Origin: Candidatus Fermentibacteraceae bacterium
Lineage (GTDB): Bacteria > Fermentibacterota > Fermentibacteria > Fermentibacterales > JCC-6
Direction: 5' to 3'
DNA: 64,000 bases
Assembly: GCA_041750285.1 (NCBI GenBank)
Contig: JBGSZS010000019.1
Coordinates: forward strand, 1 to 64,000
The notes beneath the pieces were generated by a model. That model searched no databases. It saw only the letters and a program-made list of their open reading frames with translations, and was not told where the DNA came from. The translations under genes were made by a program, and so were the position numbers. This document shows, in pieces, positions 1 to 10,699 of this stretch. Within the stretch, counting starts at the first letter, position 1, and every line of letters starts with the position of its first letter.

Positions 1-1
1 C

Positions 2-1066
2 GCGGTCGTGGACGCCGAGTTCATCTTCCTGTGCCTGCCGACGCCCCAGGGGGCCGACGGGGCCGCCGACCTGTCGTTCATCAAGGCCGCGGCCCGCCAG
101 ATCGCACCGCACCTCGCCGCCGACGCGGTCGTGATCAACAAGTCCACGGTGCCGGTCGGCTCCGTCGACGAGGTGCGTCGGAAGCTGCAGCGCTCGGACG
201 TGCACGTGGTGTCCAACCCCGAGTTCCTGCGGGAGGGCACCGCCGTCGACGACTTCCTGCACCCCGATCGAGTGGTCATCGGCGCCCACGACCGAGCCGC
301 CGGGGAGCGGGTGGCGGACCTGTACGCCAAGCTGGCCTGCGAGGTGCTGATCACCGATCCGGCCTCGGCGGAGACCATCAAGTACGCATCGAACGCCTTC
401 CTGGCCACCAAGATCAGCTTCGTCAACGCCATGGCCGCGGTGTGCGAGGAGGTCGGCGCCGACGTGCGCGACGTGGTGAAGGGCATGGGGCTGGACCAGC
501 GCATCGGCGACCGCTTCCTGGTGCCGGGGCCGGGCTGGGGTGGCAGCTGCTTCCCGAAGGACTCCCATGCCCTGGTGCGCATCGCCGAGAACCACGGCTA
601 CCAGTTCGGTCTGCTGCGCTCGGTCATCGCCACCAACGAGGAGCAGTTCGGCCGGGTCGCCAACAAGGTCACCCGCTTCGCCGGTGGCTCGCTGGAGGGC
701 AAGGTCGTCGCCGTGTGGGGCCTCACGTTCAAGGCCGACACCGATGATCTGCGGGATTCGCCGGCGCTCAACATCATCAACCGCCTCATCGAGGTGGGTG
801 CGGTCATCCGGGCCTACGACCCCGCGGTGGAGGATGGCAGCGATCCCCGTCTGGCGGCCATCACCGTGGTGGGCGACCCCTACGAGGCGGTGGCCGGCGC
901 CGAGGTGCTCGCGGTGCTCACCGAATGGCCGGACTTCCGGGATCTCGACATGGCGCGGGTCGGCCAGCTGATGGCCACCCCCCAGGTGGTCGACGCCCGC
1001 AACCTGCTCGATCGTGAGACCGTCAAGAACCTCGGGTTCGCCTACGACGGCATCGGCCGGAGCTGA
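2..1066 (+). CDS. ugd: UDP-glucose 6-dehydrogenase (5' end outside window)
   Basis: Motifs [45 protein letters not shown] (catalytic Cys) and [15 protein letters not shown]; frame open to the window edge. Confidence 0.95.
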   Translation, partial: AVVDAEFIFLCLPTPQGADGAADLSFIKAAARQIAPHLAADAVVINKSTVPVGSVDEVRRKLQRSDVHVVSNPEFLREGTAVDDFLHPDRVVIGAHDRAAGERVADLYAKLACEVLITDPASAETIKYASNAFLATKISFVNAMAAVCEEVGADVRDVVKGMGLDQRIGDRFLVPGPGWGGSCFPKDSHALVRIAENHGYQFGLLRSVIATNEEQFGRVANKVTRFAGGSLEGKVVAVWGLTFKADTDDLRDSPALNIINRLIEVGAVIRAYDPAVEDGSDPRLAAITVVGDPYEAVAGAEVLAVLTEWPDFRDLDMARVGQLMATPQVVDARNLLDRETVKNLGFAYDGIGRS

Positions 1067-1071
1067 TCGGG

Positions 1072-2010
1072 GTGGCTCGCGTCGTCGTCACCGGTGGAGC
1101 GGGGTTCCTCGGCTCGCACCTCGTGCACCGCCTGCTGGATCGGGGCGACGAGGTGGTGTGCCTCGACAACCTCATCACCGGATCGATCACCAACGTCGAG
1201 GAGCTCTTCGGCCGCCCCGGCTTCTCGTTCGTCGAGCACGACGTCTCCACCTACATCCACGTGCCCGGCGAGGTCGACGCCGTGATGCACTTCGCCAGCC
1301 CGGCATCGCCGATCGACTTCGAGCGCATCCCGATCCAGATCCTGAAGGTCGGCAGCCTGGGCACCCACAACGCCCTGGGCCTCGCCAAGGCCAAGGGGGC
1401 CCGGTTCTTCCTGGCCTCCACCAGCGAGGTGTACGGCGATCCTCTTGTCCATCCGCAGCCCGAAACCTACTGGGGGAACGTGAACCCGGTCGGACCCAGG
1501 GGCGTGTACGACGAGGCGAAACGGTTTGCCGAAGCCCTGGTTTTCGCATACCACCGCACCCACGGCGTGGATACCCGCGTGGCAAGGATCTTCAACACCT
1601 ACGGCCCCAGGATGAGGGCGGAAGACGGCCGCGTTGTGCCTGCCTTCATTTGCCAGGCTCTCGACGGCAGTGATCTCACCGTTTTCGGCGACGGCACCCA
1701 GACCAGGAGCTTCTGCTACGTCTCGGACACCGTGAACGGCCTGATAAGGCTCATGGAAAGCGGGTTCCACGAGCCCGTGAACATCGGAAATCCGAATGAG
1801 ATGACCATTGTCTCGTTCGCCAGACTCATCCAGAAGGCCGTTGGAAAGGGTGGAGGCATAAGGTTCGACCCCCTGCCGCTCGACGACCCCAAGATACGCA
1901 GGCCCGACATCTCGCGAGCCCGCGAGATTCTGGGCTGGGAACCGGTGGTGAGCCTCGAGGAGGGTCTTGTCCCCACCATCGAGCATTTCAGAACGGCAGT
2001 GCGCAAATGA
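1072..2010 (+). CDS. UDP-glucuronate decarboxylase (UDP-xylose synthase) family SDR
   Basis: [66 protein letters not shown]. Confidence 0.93.
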   Translation: MARVVVTGGAGFLGSHLVHRLLDRGDEVVCLDNLITGSITNVEELFGRPGFSFVEHDVSTYIHVPGEVDAVMHFASPASPIDFERIPIQILKVGSLGTHNALGLAKAKGARFFLASTSEVYGDPLVHPQPETYWGNVNPVGPRGVYDEAKRFAEALVFAYHRTHGVDTRVARIFNTYGPRMRAEDGRVVPAFICQALDGSDLTVFGDGTQTRSFCYVSDTVNGLIRLMESGFHEPVNIGNPNEMTIVSFARLIQKAVGKGGGIRFDPLPLDDPKIRRPDISRAREILGWEPVVSLEEGLVPTIEHFRTAVRK

Positions 2011-3200
2011 CCCTTTCGCCCGCCATTGTGCTCATGCTTGCCCTCCAGCTGCCCCAGAGCACTATTCCTGTCGAAACGCCTATCCCTTCGGTCGGCTACT
2101 CAGAAACACTCTCCCGGGATGCGTATGTCCTTGGCCCGGGTGACGTGCTCACCGCTGTTGTGGAGGGTGGATGCAACGATGTCATGCTGCTCTCGGGTCT
2201 TCTTCCATCGGCTGTCTGCCCCGTGTCGGGCGACGGCCTGCTTCAGGTTCCGGGAGTTGGCCAGATAGCGGTTGACGGCATGTCCATCCAACAGGCCCAG
2301 CAGCAGTTGCAGGCGCTGGTCCGCAGATACTATCCTGGAATCAGCATCGGGCTTTCACTTTCGGAACCCCGGATTCTCAATGTCTGGATCTCCGGCATGG
2401 TGGAAAAACCCGGCAGGTATTCGCTTCTCGCGATCCAGAAGGTGTCGGACCTCGTCCTTGCCGCTGGCGGAGTTACTCCATTCGGTTCAAGAAGGGCGGT
2501 CATGAACCTGCCCGATGGTGGTGCACAGGATGTTGACCTTTCCTTTGGTCCCGACGGTCAGCCTGCTTTGGACCCCTACCTTGTGAACGGCGCCTCGGTC
2601 GTGATCCCTCTGGTGGACGCACCGGTCTTTCTGGCCCGCCCTGGGGAGGTGCTTCTTTCGACCGACGGCACCCTTCTCCCCAACGCCAGGCATCAGGTCG
2701 AGGCATGGGATTCCGTCGAGGGCGAGACGGTGTTGGATTTCCTGGAACGGACGGGTGGTCCCGAAGGCCGAATCGACCTCGCACGAAGCGTGCTTGTTTC
2801 AGGAGGGCTCGAGTACCCGATCTGGAGCAGCTCGGAGGGCATCATTCAAAACCCGGTTCTTCCCGGCGACACCATAAGGATGGCCGTTCTCGGCAATCAG
2901 GTCTTCGTGGCCGGAGCAGTGAACGACCCCGGAGCGATTCTTTACCAGAGCGGAATGACCGTTCGCGACTGCATTGACATTGCCGGGGGCGCCGGCACCA
3001 CTGGCAGGATAGGCAGGACCCTTCTCTCCCGCATGGGCCGGGAGCATGCCCGGGGACCGGAAGCCCTTTCTCTTGAGGCAAGACCCGGGGACGTCATAGA
3101 AGTTCCCTACAGCCTTGAATCCCGTTACCAGACAACCATCGTGATCCTCGCGAGCCTTGTCACCATGACCGCGACGATCATCAACCTTACGAGGAACTGA
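2007..3200 (+). CDS. Polysaccharide export protein, Wza/Poly_export + SLBB domains
   Basis: Signal peptide, YVLGPGDVL motif, repeated V.G.V..PG SLBB units, C-terminal hydrophobic helix; ATGA overlap with the upstream gene. Confidence 0.8.
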   Translation: MTLSPAIVLMLALQLPQSTIPVETPIPSVGYSETLSRDAYVLGPGDVLTAVVEGGCNDVMLLSGLLPSAVCPVSGDGLLQVPGVGQIAVDGMSIQQAQQQLQALVRRYYPGISIGLSLSEPRILNVWISGMVEKPGRYSLLAIQKVSDLVLAAGGVTPFGSRRAVMNLPDGGAQDVDLSFGPDGQPALDPYLVNGASVVIPLVDAPVFLARPGEVLLSTDGTLLPNARHQVEAWDSVEGETVLDFLERTGGPEGRIDLARSVLVSGGLEYPIWSSSEGIIQNPVLPGDTIRMAVLGNQVFVAGAVNDPGAILYQSGMTVRDCIDIAGGAGTTGRIGRTLLSRMGREHARGPEALSLEARPGDVIEVPYSLESRYQTTIVILASLVTMTATIINLTRN

Positions 3201-4429
3201 TGCAGGAAAAAACCGGGGAATTCAGATTCAGTGACACCTTCGTTGCGGGTGTGATCCGCTCGGTTGCCGTGAACATCAGGAAGATACTTGCTGTATGCCT
3301 TGTCACCGCCCTCGCAACGTCGGCATACACCCTTCTGGTCAAGAAACAGTGGGCGTCATGGTCTCTCCTCATGGTTCCGGGCGAACAGACCTCGAGTTTC
3401 GGGCTCGGGAGCCTTATGGGAATGGATCTCAGCGGCTTCGGAGGCGGAATGCTCGAGGACCTGCTGCCTGCCCAGGGTGGAGGGGCCGACATCACAATAG
3501 TCCAGCAGGTTCTCACTTCACGGCCCGTTCTCGAACAGCTCGTACTCAAGTACGACCTCGTTTCCAGGCTGAACGGCTCAAACATGGAGAGAACGCTCGA
3601 GAAGTTCACCAAGCGGGTGTCCGTGACCCTCACCCCCGAAAACCTGCTCCTTGTTTCGGTCAAGGCTGCAAGCCGCACCGAATCGGCAGCCATGGTTCAG
3701 GACCTCATAGATCTCTCGAACAGGCAGCTCTCCCTGATGGTCACAAGCCGGGCGAGACGTGCCAGGATCGAGACCGAAAGGTCATTGTCCGTTGCATACG
3801 ATTCTCTTCTGGGCGCCAACGCCAGACTCGAGGCATTCCGTTCCAGCACCGGCTTTCTGGTGCCCGAACAGGGCGTCGCAATGGTCTCGGTCCTGTCGGA
3901 CATGCAGCAGGAACTCGTCCTTGCCGGCTCGGAGCTTTACTCCATCTCATCCGGCGTGTCGGCCCGGTCTTCCTCCTGGGCCAGGGCTTCGGCCCGGTAC
4001 GAGTACCTGCACGAAGCGGTCAGCGGTCAGATAACGGGAGAGGGCACCGGCCTCATGGCGTTCCCCCCCCTCGACAGCCTGCCCTCGATGATGAGACGCT
4101 ACGAGGAGCTTTTCCTCGAGGTGGAAACCAGAAGAATGGTGTACCTTCTCCTCCGTCAGGAACTCGAGAACCTCAGGATCGAGGAAGCCCGCGAAAGCCC
4201 GACAATCGAGGTCCTTATCCCGCCCACACCGGCTCACGAGCGGGTTTTTCCAAGAAGGACCACGAAGGTCCTTCTGGTCACCGCCCTGGCCTTCGTGTTT
4301 TCAGTGGGATGGATAATCACCCTCGAGTGGTTCCGGTCTGTGATGAAGGGCGGAAGCGGTTCATTCTGGAGGGAAACATGGCAAACCCTGGTCAGCCGGC
4401 TTCGAACAGGAGCCCCACGGAAGACCTGA
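3200..4429 (+). CDS. Wzz/Wzc(GumC)-like polysaccharide chain-length/co-polymerase protein
   Basis: Two TM segments flanking a coiled-coil periplasmic region; IEVLIPPTPA..RVFPRR motif before the second TM. Confidence 0.8.
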   Translation: MQEKTGEFRFSDTFVAGVIRSVAVNIRKILAVCLVTALATSAYTLLVKKQWASWSLLMVPGEQTSSFGLGSLMGMDLSGFGGGMLEDLLPAQGGGADITIVQQVLTSRPVLEQLVLKYDLVSRLNGSNMERTLEKFTKRVSVTLTPENLLLVSVKAASRTESAAMVQDLIDLSNRQLSLMVTSRARRARIETERSLSVAYDSLLGANARLEAFRSSTGFLVPEQGVAMVSVLSDMQQELVLAGSELYSISSGVSARSSSWARASARYEYLHEAVSGQITGEGTGLMAFPPLDSLPSMMRRYEELFLEVETRRMVYLLLRQELENLRIEEARESPTIEVLIPPTPAHERVFPRRTTKVLLVTALAFVFSVGWIITLEWFRSVMKGGSGSFWRETWQTLVSRLRTGAPRKT

Positions 4430-5124
4430 CGGGCGTTGCCGGCCCTGAAGGCCCGGTGGCCGTTGTCGAAGACGAGGAAGACATCGCAGGGCTGGTGGGC
4501 ATTCATCTCGAGAAGGCCGGTTTCCGGGCACGGCTGTTCAACGACGGAGCCGGTTTCCTGGCATGGCTTGGAGATCATGTTCCGGCTCTGGTCATACTTG
4601 ACATCATGCTGCCGGACATTCAGGGAACGGATATCTGCAGGACCATCCGCAGTTCGCAACGGCTCAACGCCGTTCCGGTGATAATGCTCACGGCCCTCGG
4701 CCATGAGACCGAAAAGGTTCTGGGCCTCGAACTCGGCGCTGACGATTACATCGTGAAACCCTTCTCGCCAAGGGAACTCGTGGCCAGGGTGAGGGCGGTT
4801 CTCCGGCGTTCAAGGGTGAAAGCTGATGCCCCGAGGGAGCTCAGATGGGGTCCCATCGTTCTCAGACCCGCATCGTTCGAAGCCTTGAACGGGGGCAGCC
4901 CTGTTCTGCTGACACCCACCGAGTTCAGGATCCTTCTCGCCCTGGTCGAGGGAAACGGGAGGGTCCTCTCCCGGGCCAGCCTGCTCGACCTTCTGTGGGA
5001 GGGCGAGAAGTTCGTTTTCGAAAGGACGATCGATGTTCACATCGCCCACATCAGGGAGAAGCTCGGTGAAGCGGGAAGCATGCTCAACAGCGTCAGGGGC
5101 ATCGGCTACAGGATGGTGAATTGA
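4378..5124 (+). CDS. phoB: OmpR/PhoB-family response regulator (probable PhoB/PhoP)
   Basis: VVEDEEDI, ILDIMLPD, IMLTA, GADDYIVKPFSPREL, RTIDVHI, VRGIGY; ATG 4378 preceded by GGAGG; adjacent to the pst operon. Confidence 0.88.
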   Translation: MANPGQPASNRSPTEDLTGVAGPEGPVAVVEDEEDIAGLVGIHLEKAGFRARLFNDGAGFLAWLGDHVPALVILDIMLPDIQGTDICRTIRSSQRLNAVPVIMLTALGHETEKVLGLELGADDYIVKPFSPRELVARVRAVLRRSRVKADAPRELRWGPIVLRPASFEALNGGSPVLLTPTEFRILLALVEGNGRVLSRASLLDLLWEGEKFVFERTIDVHIAHIREKLGEAGSMLNSVRGIGYRMVN

Positions 5125-6824
5125 GGTCACTGCCCTCGGTCTTCGTCAGGATATTCAGGGGATACCTGATCGTTGTCTTCGCAATGGCTCTGCTCCTGTC
5201 CCTGGTGATCCTGGGTGAGTTCAACACCTCGGCACGCCGGACCTCCCTCAGCGATCTCACCAGGGTTGGAAGGGCACTGCAGCCATCGGTTGCCCCGCTG
5301 TTGGCGGATTCGGTGTTCTCACGGCTCAGAAGCCATGTCAGAAGCGCGGGTACCGCGATGGGTGCCAGGATACTGGTGGTCAACAGAAGCGGGGGAGTGG
5401 TGGCTGACAGTGATCCGTCCCTTCCCGTCCCTGAAAACGTGAGAACAAGGCCCGACGTCATTGCGGCGTTCAACGGCAGGGAGGGAACCTTCGAAAACCC
5501 CGGAGGCCCCGGCGACCCTTACACGCTCAACGCCTCCGTTCCAATTTTATTCGTGGACAGCGTGATCGCGGTGATGAGGGTAAGCCTTGTGACCGATCGC
5601 TGGCACGGTGCCATGCACAACCTTGCCCGCAAGATTCTGATCATGATCCTTGTTCTTCTGCTGCTGGCGCTGGCCGCGGGATGGTTCATCGCGAGGGGGA
5701 TCGCCAGTCCGCTCAGGGAACTGGCCGAACTCACCGAAAGGGTCAAGGAAGGCGATCTGAGCGCCCGGGCCTCGCCGGGCACCACCCGGGAACACATGCA
5801 GCTCGCGACGGTCCTGAACGAAACTCTTGCCCGAACGGGGCAGCTCGTGGAGGAGCTGAGGGCCAGTGACCGAAGGAACCTTGCCGTGCTCCGCTCAATC
5901 GTGGAGGGGCTTGCCGTGACCGACGGACGGGGTGGCATCATCCTGACGAACGACGCCTTTTCGGCCTTGTTCCGCACCCAGTCTGACGGCAGGGGAATAC
6001 CCCCGGCCGTGACCGAGATCCTCTGCTCGAAGGAGGATAAGGGAAGGGTGGAGACTGCCGGGAGAGTCATGGCCTTCGAGTCTGCACCCATCGAGGGGGC
6101 AGCGGGCAGGGTCTTCTCATTCCGTGACATCACCGGAGAGGAACGGATGGAGAGCATGAAGCGCGAGTTCACCATCAACGTTGCCCACGAACTCCGCACG
6201 CCCCTCACCGCGATAAAGGGCTACACCGAGACACTTCTGGACAGCCCGCCGGAGGATCACGGCCCCCTGCTTCAGGTTATCGCACGGAACGCCGACAGGA
6301 TGATCAACCTGGTAAGGGACATACAGACGCTCTCCGAACTTGAGGATTCCGCGGCGTCCGAGCCTCCCTCAAGGGTTCTTGTCAAGGATACCCTTGAAAC
6401 CGTGCTTCCACTTTTCAGGTCGAGCGCAGAGAAGAAGGGGCTCGAGCTGGAAGTGTTTCAGGAAGACATGGAACTGGCTGTATCCGTGGACAGGTACCGT
6501 CTTGAACAGGTTCTTGTGAACCTTCTCGAGAACGCAGTAAGGTATACAGATTCGGGCCGCATCCAGGTCAGGGCTGAAAGGTATGCCAACCTCGTGGCAA
6601 TTGCCGTTTCCGACACAGGCCCCGGTATCGCCCCCGAGCACCTTCCAAGGCTTTTCGAGCGGTTCTACGTGGTGGACCGCTCCCGTTCCCGCCGGGTGGG
6701 CGGAACGGGACTGGGGCTTGCCATCGTGAAGCACATCGTGGAGGGGATGGGGGGCTCCGTCCGTGTGGACAGCACACCGGGGGCGGGAACGATCTTCACT
6801 GTCATGGTCCCCTCGGCGCGGTGA
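5121..6824 (+). CDS. phoR: PhoR-like sensor histidine kinase (2 TM, HAMP, PAS, HisKA, HATPase)
   Basis: NVAHELRTPLTAIKGY H-box, NLLENAVRY, DTGPGI, LFERFYVVD, GGTGLGLAIVKH. Confidence 0.9.
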   Translation: MRSLPSVFVRIFRGYLIVVFAMALLLSLVILGEFNTSARRTSLSDLTRVGRALQPSVAPLLADSVFSRLRSHVRSAGTAMGARILVVNRSGGVVADSDPSLPVPENVRTRPDVIAAFNGREGTFENPGGPGDPYTLNASVPILFVDSVIAVMRVSLVTDRWHGAMHNLARKILIMILVLLLLALAAGWFIARGIASPLRELAELTERVKEGDLSARASPGTTREHMQLATVLNETLARTGQLVEELRASDRRNLAVLRSIVEGLAVTDGRGGIILTNDAFSALFRTQSDGRGIPPAVTEILCSKEDKGRVETAGRVMAFESAPIEGAAGRVFSFRDITGEERMESMKREFTINVAHELRTPLTAIKGYTETLLDSPPEDHGPLLQVIARNADRMINLVRDIQTLSELEDSAASEPPSRVLVKDTLETVLPLFRSSAEKKGLELEVFQEDMELAVSVDRYRLEQVLVNLLENAVRYTDSGRIQVRAERYANLVAIAVSDTGPGIAPEHLPRLFERFYVVDRSRSRRVGGTGLGLAIVKHIVEGMGGSVRVDSTPGAGTIFTVMVPSAR

Positions 6825-6860
6825 TGCCTGCCGGGGGATTCCTCCCCCCGACCAACCGTC

Positions 6861-6899
6861 TTAACAAATCCTCAACAATCGCTGAATGCCCCGTTAACA
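6861..6899 (+). promoter_or_regulatory. Putative Pho box (four hexamers at 11-bp period)
   Basis: TTAACA (6861), TCAACA (6872), TGAATG (6883), TTAACA (6894) upstream of the porin-pst operon. Confidence 0.7.
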
Positions 6900-6965
6900 T
6901 CCCGGATTGATTGTTGCGCCAAGGCACTGCAGGTGCCAAACAGAACAACCGAAAGGGGTAGAAAC

Positions 6966-8030
6966 ATGAAGTCTTTCCTCATCGCGGCTCTTGTACTGCT
7001 CATGGCCGCAACCTCCTTCGCCACCGGTGAGTTCAGCACCGGCTGTGCCGAACTGTTGAAATTCAAGGGAACAGGTTACTTCCGCTTTGATTTCTACGGT
7101 CAGGAAGAGGCGAATCCCGAGAACAACATGTCCTCGTTCTTCACCATCGACTGGCTTCCCAAGCTGAACGACTTCGTCGACGGCAAGATCAACCTCGAGT
7201 TTTCCAGCACCAACGGCAACATCAAGCTTGCGGACCTTTTCCTCAACCTCAACCTTACCGGGAACCTTTCCCTCATGGGTGGGCAGTTCAAGGTTCCCTT
7301 CGGCTATGCCAACACCCGTTCCAGCAGCAGCATGTATTTCGCGGACAGGGCCTACATCTCGAGCGTGGGCGACTACAAGAACTACGCGGCACGTGACAAC
7401 GGCCTCTGCCTCGTTGCCTCCTTCGAGCCCGTCACGGTCGACCTCGCCCTTTTCAACGGCACAGGCAACAACTCCGTCTCCGACAACGACGAGAACAACC
7501 AGTTCGCGGCCAGGGCAAGTGTCGAAGCTGCTGAGTGGATAACCTTCGGCGGCGCCTACACCACCATCGGACAGCCCGAGATCGAGGACACAACCGGCAC
7601 CACCGAGAGCTGGAGCAGCAGCGGTATCGACGTGTTCGCGGTTGTGAACTACCCCATGGGCGAGACCGCGAAGCTCTTCTTCGAGGGCGAGTACGCCATG
7701 CTGGGCCGCACCGGTGCTGAAGAAGAGGGCATGGAGATGACGGACGGTTCATGCATGAGCATGGCTGCCGCGGCAGAGTTCGCCGTGGGTGAAGGCTTCG
7801 TCAGAGCCGTTCGCCCCGCCGTCAGGTTCGACATGGTCAACCCCTCCACGACCCTTGCAGAGGGTGCCGAAGAGCCCGAGAACAACGTGAACGTAATCGA
7901 CTTCTGTGTTGCCCTTGACCTCACCAGCAGCAAGAACACGCTCATGCTCGGTGCCCGCAACTACGGCTTCGAGAGCGAGGACATCGACGGCTACACCAAC
8001 ATGTACCTCAACTGGCGGATGAACTTCTAG
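6966..8030 (+). CDS. Outer-membrane porin, probable phosphate-selective OprO/OprP-like
   Basis: Signal peptide, GQFKVPFG and LFNGTG motifs, amphipathic beta-strands, C-terminal Phe; first gene of the pst operon. Confidence 0.75.
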   Translation: MKSFLIAALVLLMAATSFATGEFSTGCAELLKFKGTGYFRFDFYGQEEANPENNMSSFFTIDWLPKLNDFVDGKINLEFSSTNGNIKLADLFLNLNLTGNLSLMGGQFKVPFGYANTRSSSSMYFADRAYISSVGDYKNYAARDNGLCLVASFEPVTVDLALFNGTGNNSVSDNDENNQFAARASVEAAEWITFGGAYTTIGQPEIEDTTGTTESWSSSGIDVFAVVNYPMGETAKLFFEGEYAMLGRTGAEEEGMEMTDGSCMSMAAAAEFAVGEGFVRAVRPAVRFDMVNPSTTLAEGAEEPENNVNVIDFCVALDLTSSKNTLMLGARNYGFESEDIDGYTNMYLNWRMNF

Positions 8031-8062
8031 CCCGCCAAGCGGAAAGAACGGACGAAACTGAA

Positions 8063-8911
8063 ATGAAGACGGCAGCAATACTCTCGACACTGCTTCTGAT
8101 GCTTGCAGCGGCCTGCGGCGAACAGCCCGAACCCGTTGCCGAAGATGCCGGTGCCGACTCCACCGCAGCCCTCAGCGGCGAGATCAGCGTTGTGGGCTCA
8201 ACCACCGTTCAGCCCCTGGCCGAGGTTCTGGGTGAGGCGTTCGAAGCCCTCAACCCCGACGTGACGATCATCGTCAGCGGCGGCGGCAGCAGCGTGGGAG
8301 TCAAGAGCGCGGGTGACGGCAGTGCCCAGATCGGCATGGCGTCAAGACACATCAAATCCTCCGAGTTCGAGGAATTCCCGGGAATCGTTGTTCACACCAT
8401 CGCCAATGACGGCATCGCGATCGTCGCCGAGCCCGGCGTGACCGTGGATGCCCTTACCATGGATCAGTGCCGCGACATTTTCTCCGGCGCTGTGACCAAC
8501 TGGAACCAGGTCGGCGGACCGGACATGCCCATCATCGTGGTGTCCAGGGAAGAGGGTTCCGGCACACGCGGCGCCTTCGAGGAACTGGTTCTCGGCGAGG
8601 AAGCCCTCATGGCCGAAAGCGCCATACTCCAGCCCTCCAACGGCGCCGTCAGGACGACCTGCAGCACCACTCCCGGAGCGGTTGCCTACCTTTCCTTCGG
8701 GTATCTCGATCCCTCGGTGAAGACCATCTCAGTCGACGGAGCCGAGCCCACCCCCGAGAACGTGGCCAACGGCAGCTATCCGGTTTCCAGGCCCCTCAAC
8801 ATGATCACGAATGGCGAACCTGAAGGCGTAATCGCCGCATGGCTCTCCTTCATCACGAGCGAAGACGGCCAGGCCATCGTAGTGGCCGAAGGCTACCTTC
8901 CCATCAACTGA
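8063..8911 (+). CDS. pstS: Phosphate ABC transporter substrate-binding lipoprotein
   Basis: Lipobox LAAAC; GSTTVQP, GGGSSVG, IGMASR, REEGSGTRGAF, YPVSRPL. Confidence 0.93.
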   Translation: MKTAAILSTLLLMLAAACGEQPEPVAEDAGADSTAALSGEISVVGSTTVQPLAEVLGEAFEALNPDVTIIVSGGGSSVGVKSAGDGSAQIGMASRHIKSSEFEEFPGIVVHTIANDGIAIVAEPGVTVDALTMDQCRDIFSGAVTNWNQVGGPDMPIIVVSREEGSGTRGAFEELVLGEEALMAESAILQPSNGAVRTTCSTTPGAVAYLSFGYLDPSVKTISVDGAEPTPENVANGSYPVSRPLNMITNGEPEGVIAAWLSFITSEDGQAIVVAEGYLPIN

Positions 8912-8912
8912 G

Positions 8913-9848
8913 ATGAAAAAGGGGATCGAAGTGTCTCGCGAAGGCTCAGGGATGAAAAACAGGGTTGAGAACACCATGAAAACGGTTCTCATGATCTCGG
9001 CCCTCTCATCCGTGGCGATCGTCTTCCTCATCGGGTTCTTCACCCTTAAGGAATCGATACCGGCCTTTCAAGGCATAGGTCCCCTGAACATGCTGACCGA
9101 AAAGGTCTGGCGCCCCGGGCAGGAAGCCTACGGCATCCTCGCGATGATCGCAGGTTCAGGTCTGGTGACCCTGGGTTCAGTCCTGATAGGCGTACCCCTG
9201 GCGCTGGGGTGCGCCGTCTTTCTGGCCGAAGTGGCGCCAAGGTGGATGGCCGGGATAGTGAGGCCTTCCGTGGAGCTTCTCGCCGGAATACCATCCGTCG
9301 TTTACGGGCTTTTCGGCATGGTGGTGCTCGTACCCCTTGTAAGAGGCATCGAGGTGGCCGGAAACACCGGTTTCGGCCTTCTCTCGGCATCAGTGGTCCT
9401 TGCGGTGATGATCCTTCCCACGATAGCCAGTGTTGCAGAAAGCTCTCTCAGAAGCGTTCCGAGAAGCTACTACAACGGCTCGCTCGCCCTGGGCGCAACC
9501 CGATGGGAGACAATCTGGCGTGTCAACATCCCGGCGGCCCGTTCGGGGATACTGAGCGCAGTGGTGCTCGGGCTGGGCAGGGCACTCGGTGAAACCATTG
9601 CGATGATCATGGTGATCGGAAACTCGGTCATCATGCCCAAAGCCCTGACCGGCAACCCTTTGTCGGTCTTTCTCAGCAGGGCCAGAACACTCACCGGCAA
9701 TATCGCGGTGGAGATCTCGTACGCCACCGGAGTGCATGAGAGCGCTCTCTTCGCCACGGGCGTGGTCCTTTTCATCCTGATAATGATCGTGAATACAAGC
9801 GCCAGGGGACTTCTGAAGGCAAGCCTTGAAGGCGGGAGACGCAGATGA
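8913..9848 (+). CDS. pstC: Phosphate ABC transporter permease PstC (start may be 8952)
   Basis: ELLAGIPSVVYG, SLALGATRWETI, GRALGETIAM. Confidence 0.93.
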   Translation: MKKGIEVSREGSGMKNRVENTMKTVLMISALSSVAIVFLIGFFTLKESIPAFQGIGPLNMLTEKVWRPGQEAYGILAMIAGSGLVTLGSVLIGVPLALGCAVFLAEVAPRWMAGIVRPSVELLAGIPSVVYGLFGMVVLVPLVRGIEVAGNTGFGLLSASVVLAVMILPTIASVAESSLRSVPRSYYNGSLALGATRWETIWRVNIPAARSGILSAVVLGLGRALGETIAMIMVIGNSVIMPKALTGNPLSVFLSRARTLTGNIAVEISYATGVHESALFATGVVLFILIMIVNTSARGLLKASLEGGRRR

Positions 9849-10696
9849 TGAGGAAACTCGTTCAGAACGCCGCCTTCACGGTTTTCTGGATGGCCGGGCT
9901 CGGTGCTGTGCTGATAATGCTTTCCGTGGTGGGATACGTGGTCTTCAAGGGTTTCGCTGACATAACGCCCGAATTCTTCACAACATCGCCGAGGGGCGGT
10001 CTTTCGGGCGAGGGCGGCATTCAGTCCACCATTGTCACCACGATCTACCTTGTCTTACTCACTCTCCTGGTGGCCACACCTCTTGGTGTCGGGGCCGGCA
10101 TCTACCTTGTGGAGTACGCGGACCAGGCAAAGGGAGGATTCATGAAGCGGGTCACCTCCGCGGCGCGGTTTGGCGTGGAAACACTTGCGGGGGTGCCCTC
10201 GATAATCTTCGGACTCTTCGGCTACGCGCTGTTCGTCACGGCCCTGAAACTGGGTTTCAGTCTCGCATCCGCCGCTCTTGCCGGCTCGTGCCTGATCATA
10301 CCCGTGATCATCAGGACAACCGAGGAGGCCCTGAAGGCCGTTCCGGACTCCTACCGGGAAGGATCCCTCGCCCTGGGCGCCTCCCGCTGGGAAACCATCT
10401 GGAAGGTGATCCTTCCTTCCGCGTTTCCCGGGATAACCACGGGAATCGTCCTTGGTGCGGGCAGGATAGTCAGCGAGACCGCCATCTTCTTCGTAACCCT
10501 CGGCGGAAGCTACCGGACCCCCACCTCACTTCTTGCCAGCGGCCGCTCGATGGCCCTTCATGTCTATTACCTTGCCATGGAGACCAGGGCGTTCGACAAA
10601 GCCATGGCCACGGCTGCAGTGCTTGTGGTCCTTGTGATACTGATGAACCTTTCCATCAACATGATCTCCCGGCGCATATCCCGGGATACGAGGTAG
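9845..10696 (+). CDS. pstA: Phosphate ABC transporter permease PstA
   Basis: GIYLVEYA, LAGVPSIIFGLFG, RTTEEALKAVP, REGSLALGA. Confidence 0.93.
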   Translation: MMRKLVQNAAFTVFWMAGLGAVLIMLSVVGYVVFKGFADITPEFFTTSPRGGLSGEGGIQSTIVTTIYLVLLTLLVATPLGVGAGIYLVEYADQAKGGFMKRVTSAARFGVETLAGVPSIIFGLFGYALFVTALKLGFSLASAALAGSCLIIPVIIRTTEEALKAVPDSYREGSLALGASRWETIWKVILPSAFPGITTGIVLGAGRIVSETAIFFVTLGGSYRTPTSLLASGRSMALHVYYLAMETRAFDKAMATAAVLVVLVILMNLSINMISRRISRDTR

Positions 10697-10699
10697 CCC

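Noticed and set aside
3295..4377. 609-aa ORF suggesting a long N-terminal extension on the response regulator
   Set aside because: The extension is an R/P/G-rich alternative frame of the wzz-like gene; an SD and ATG at 4378 give a normal-length regulator.
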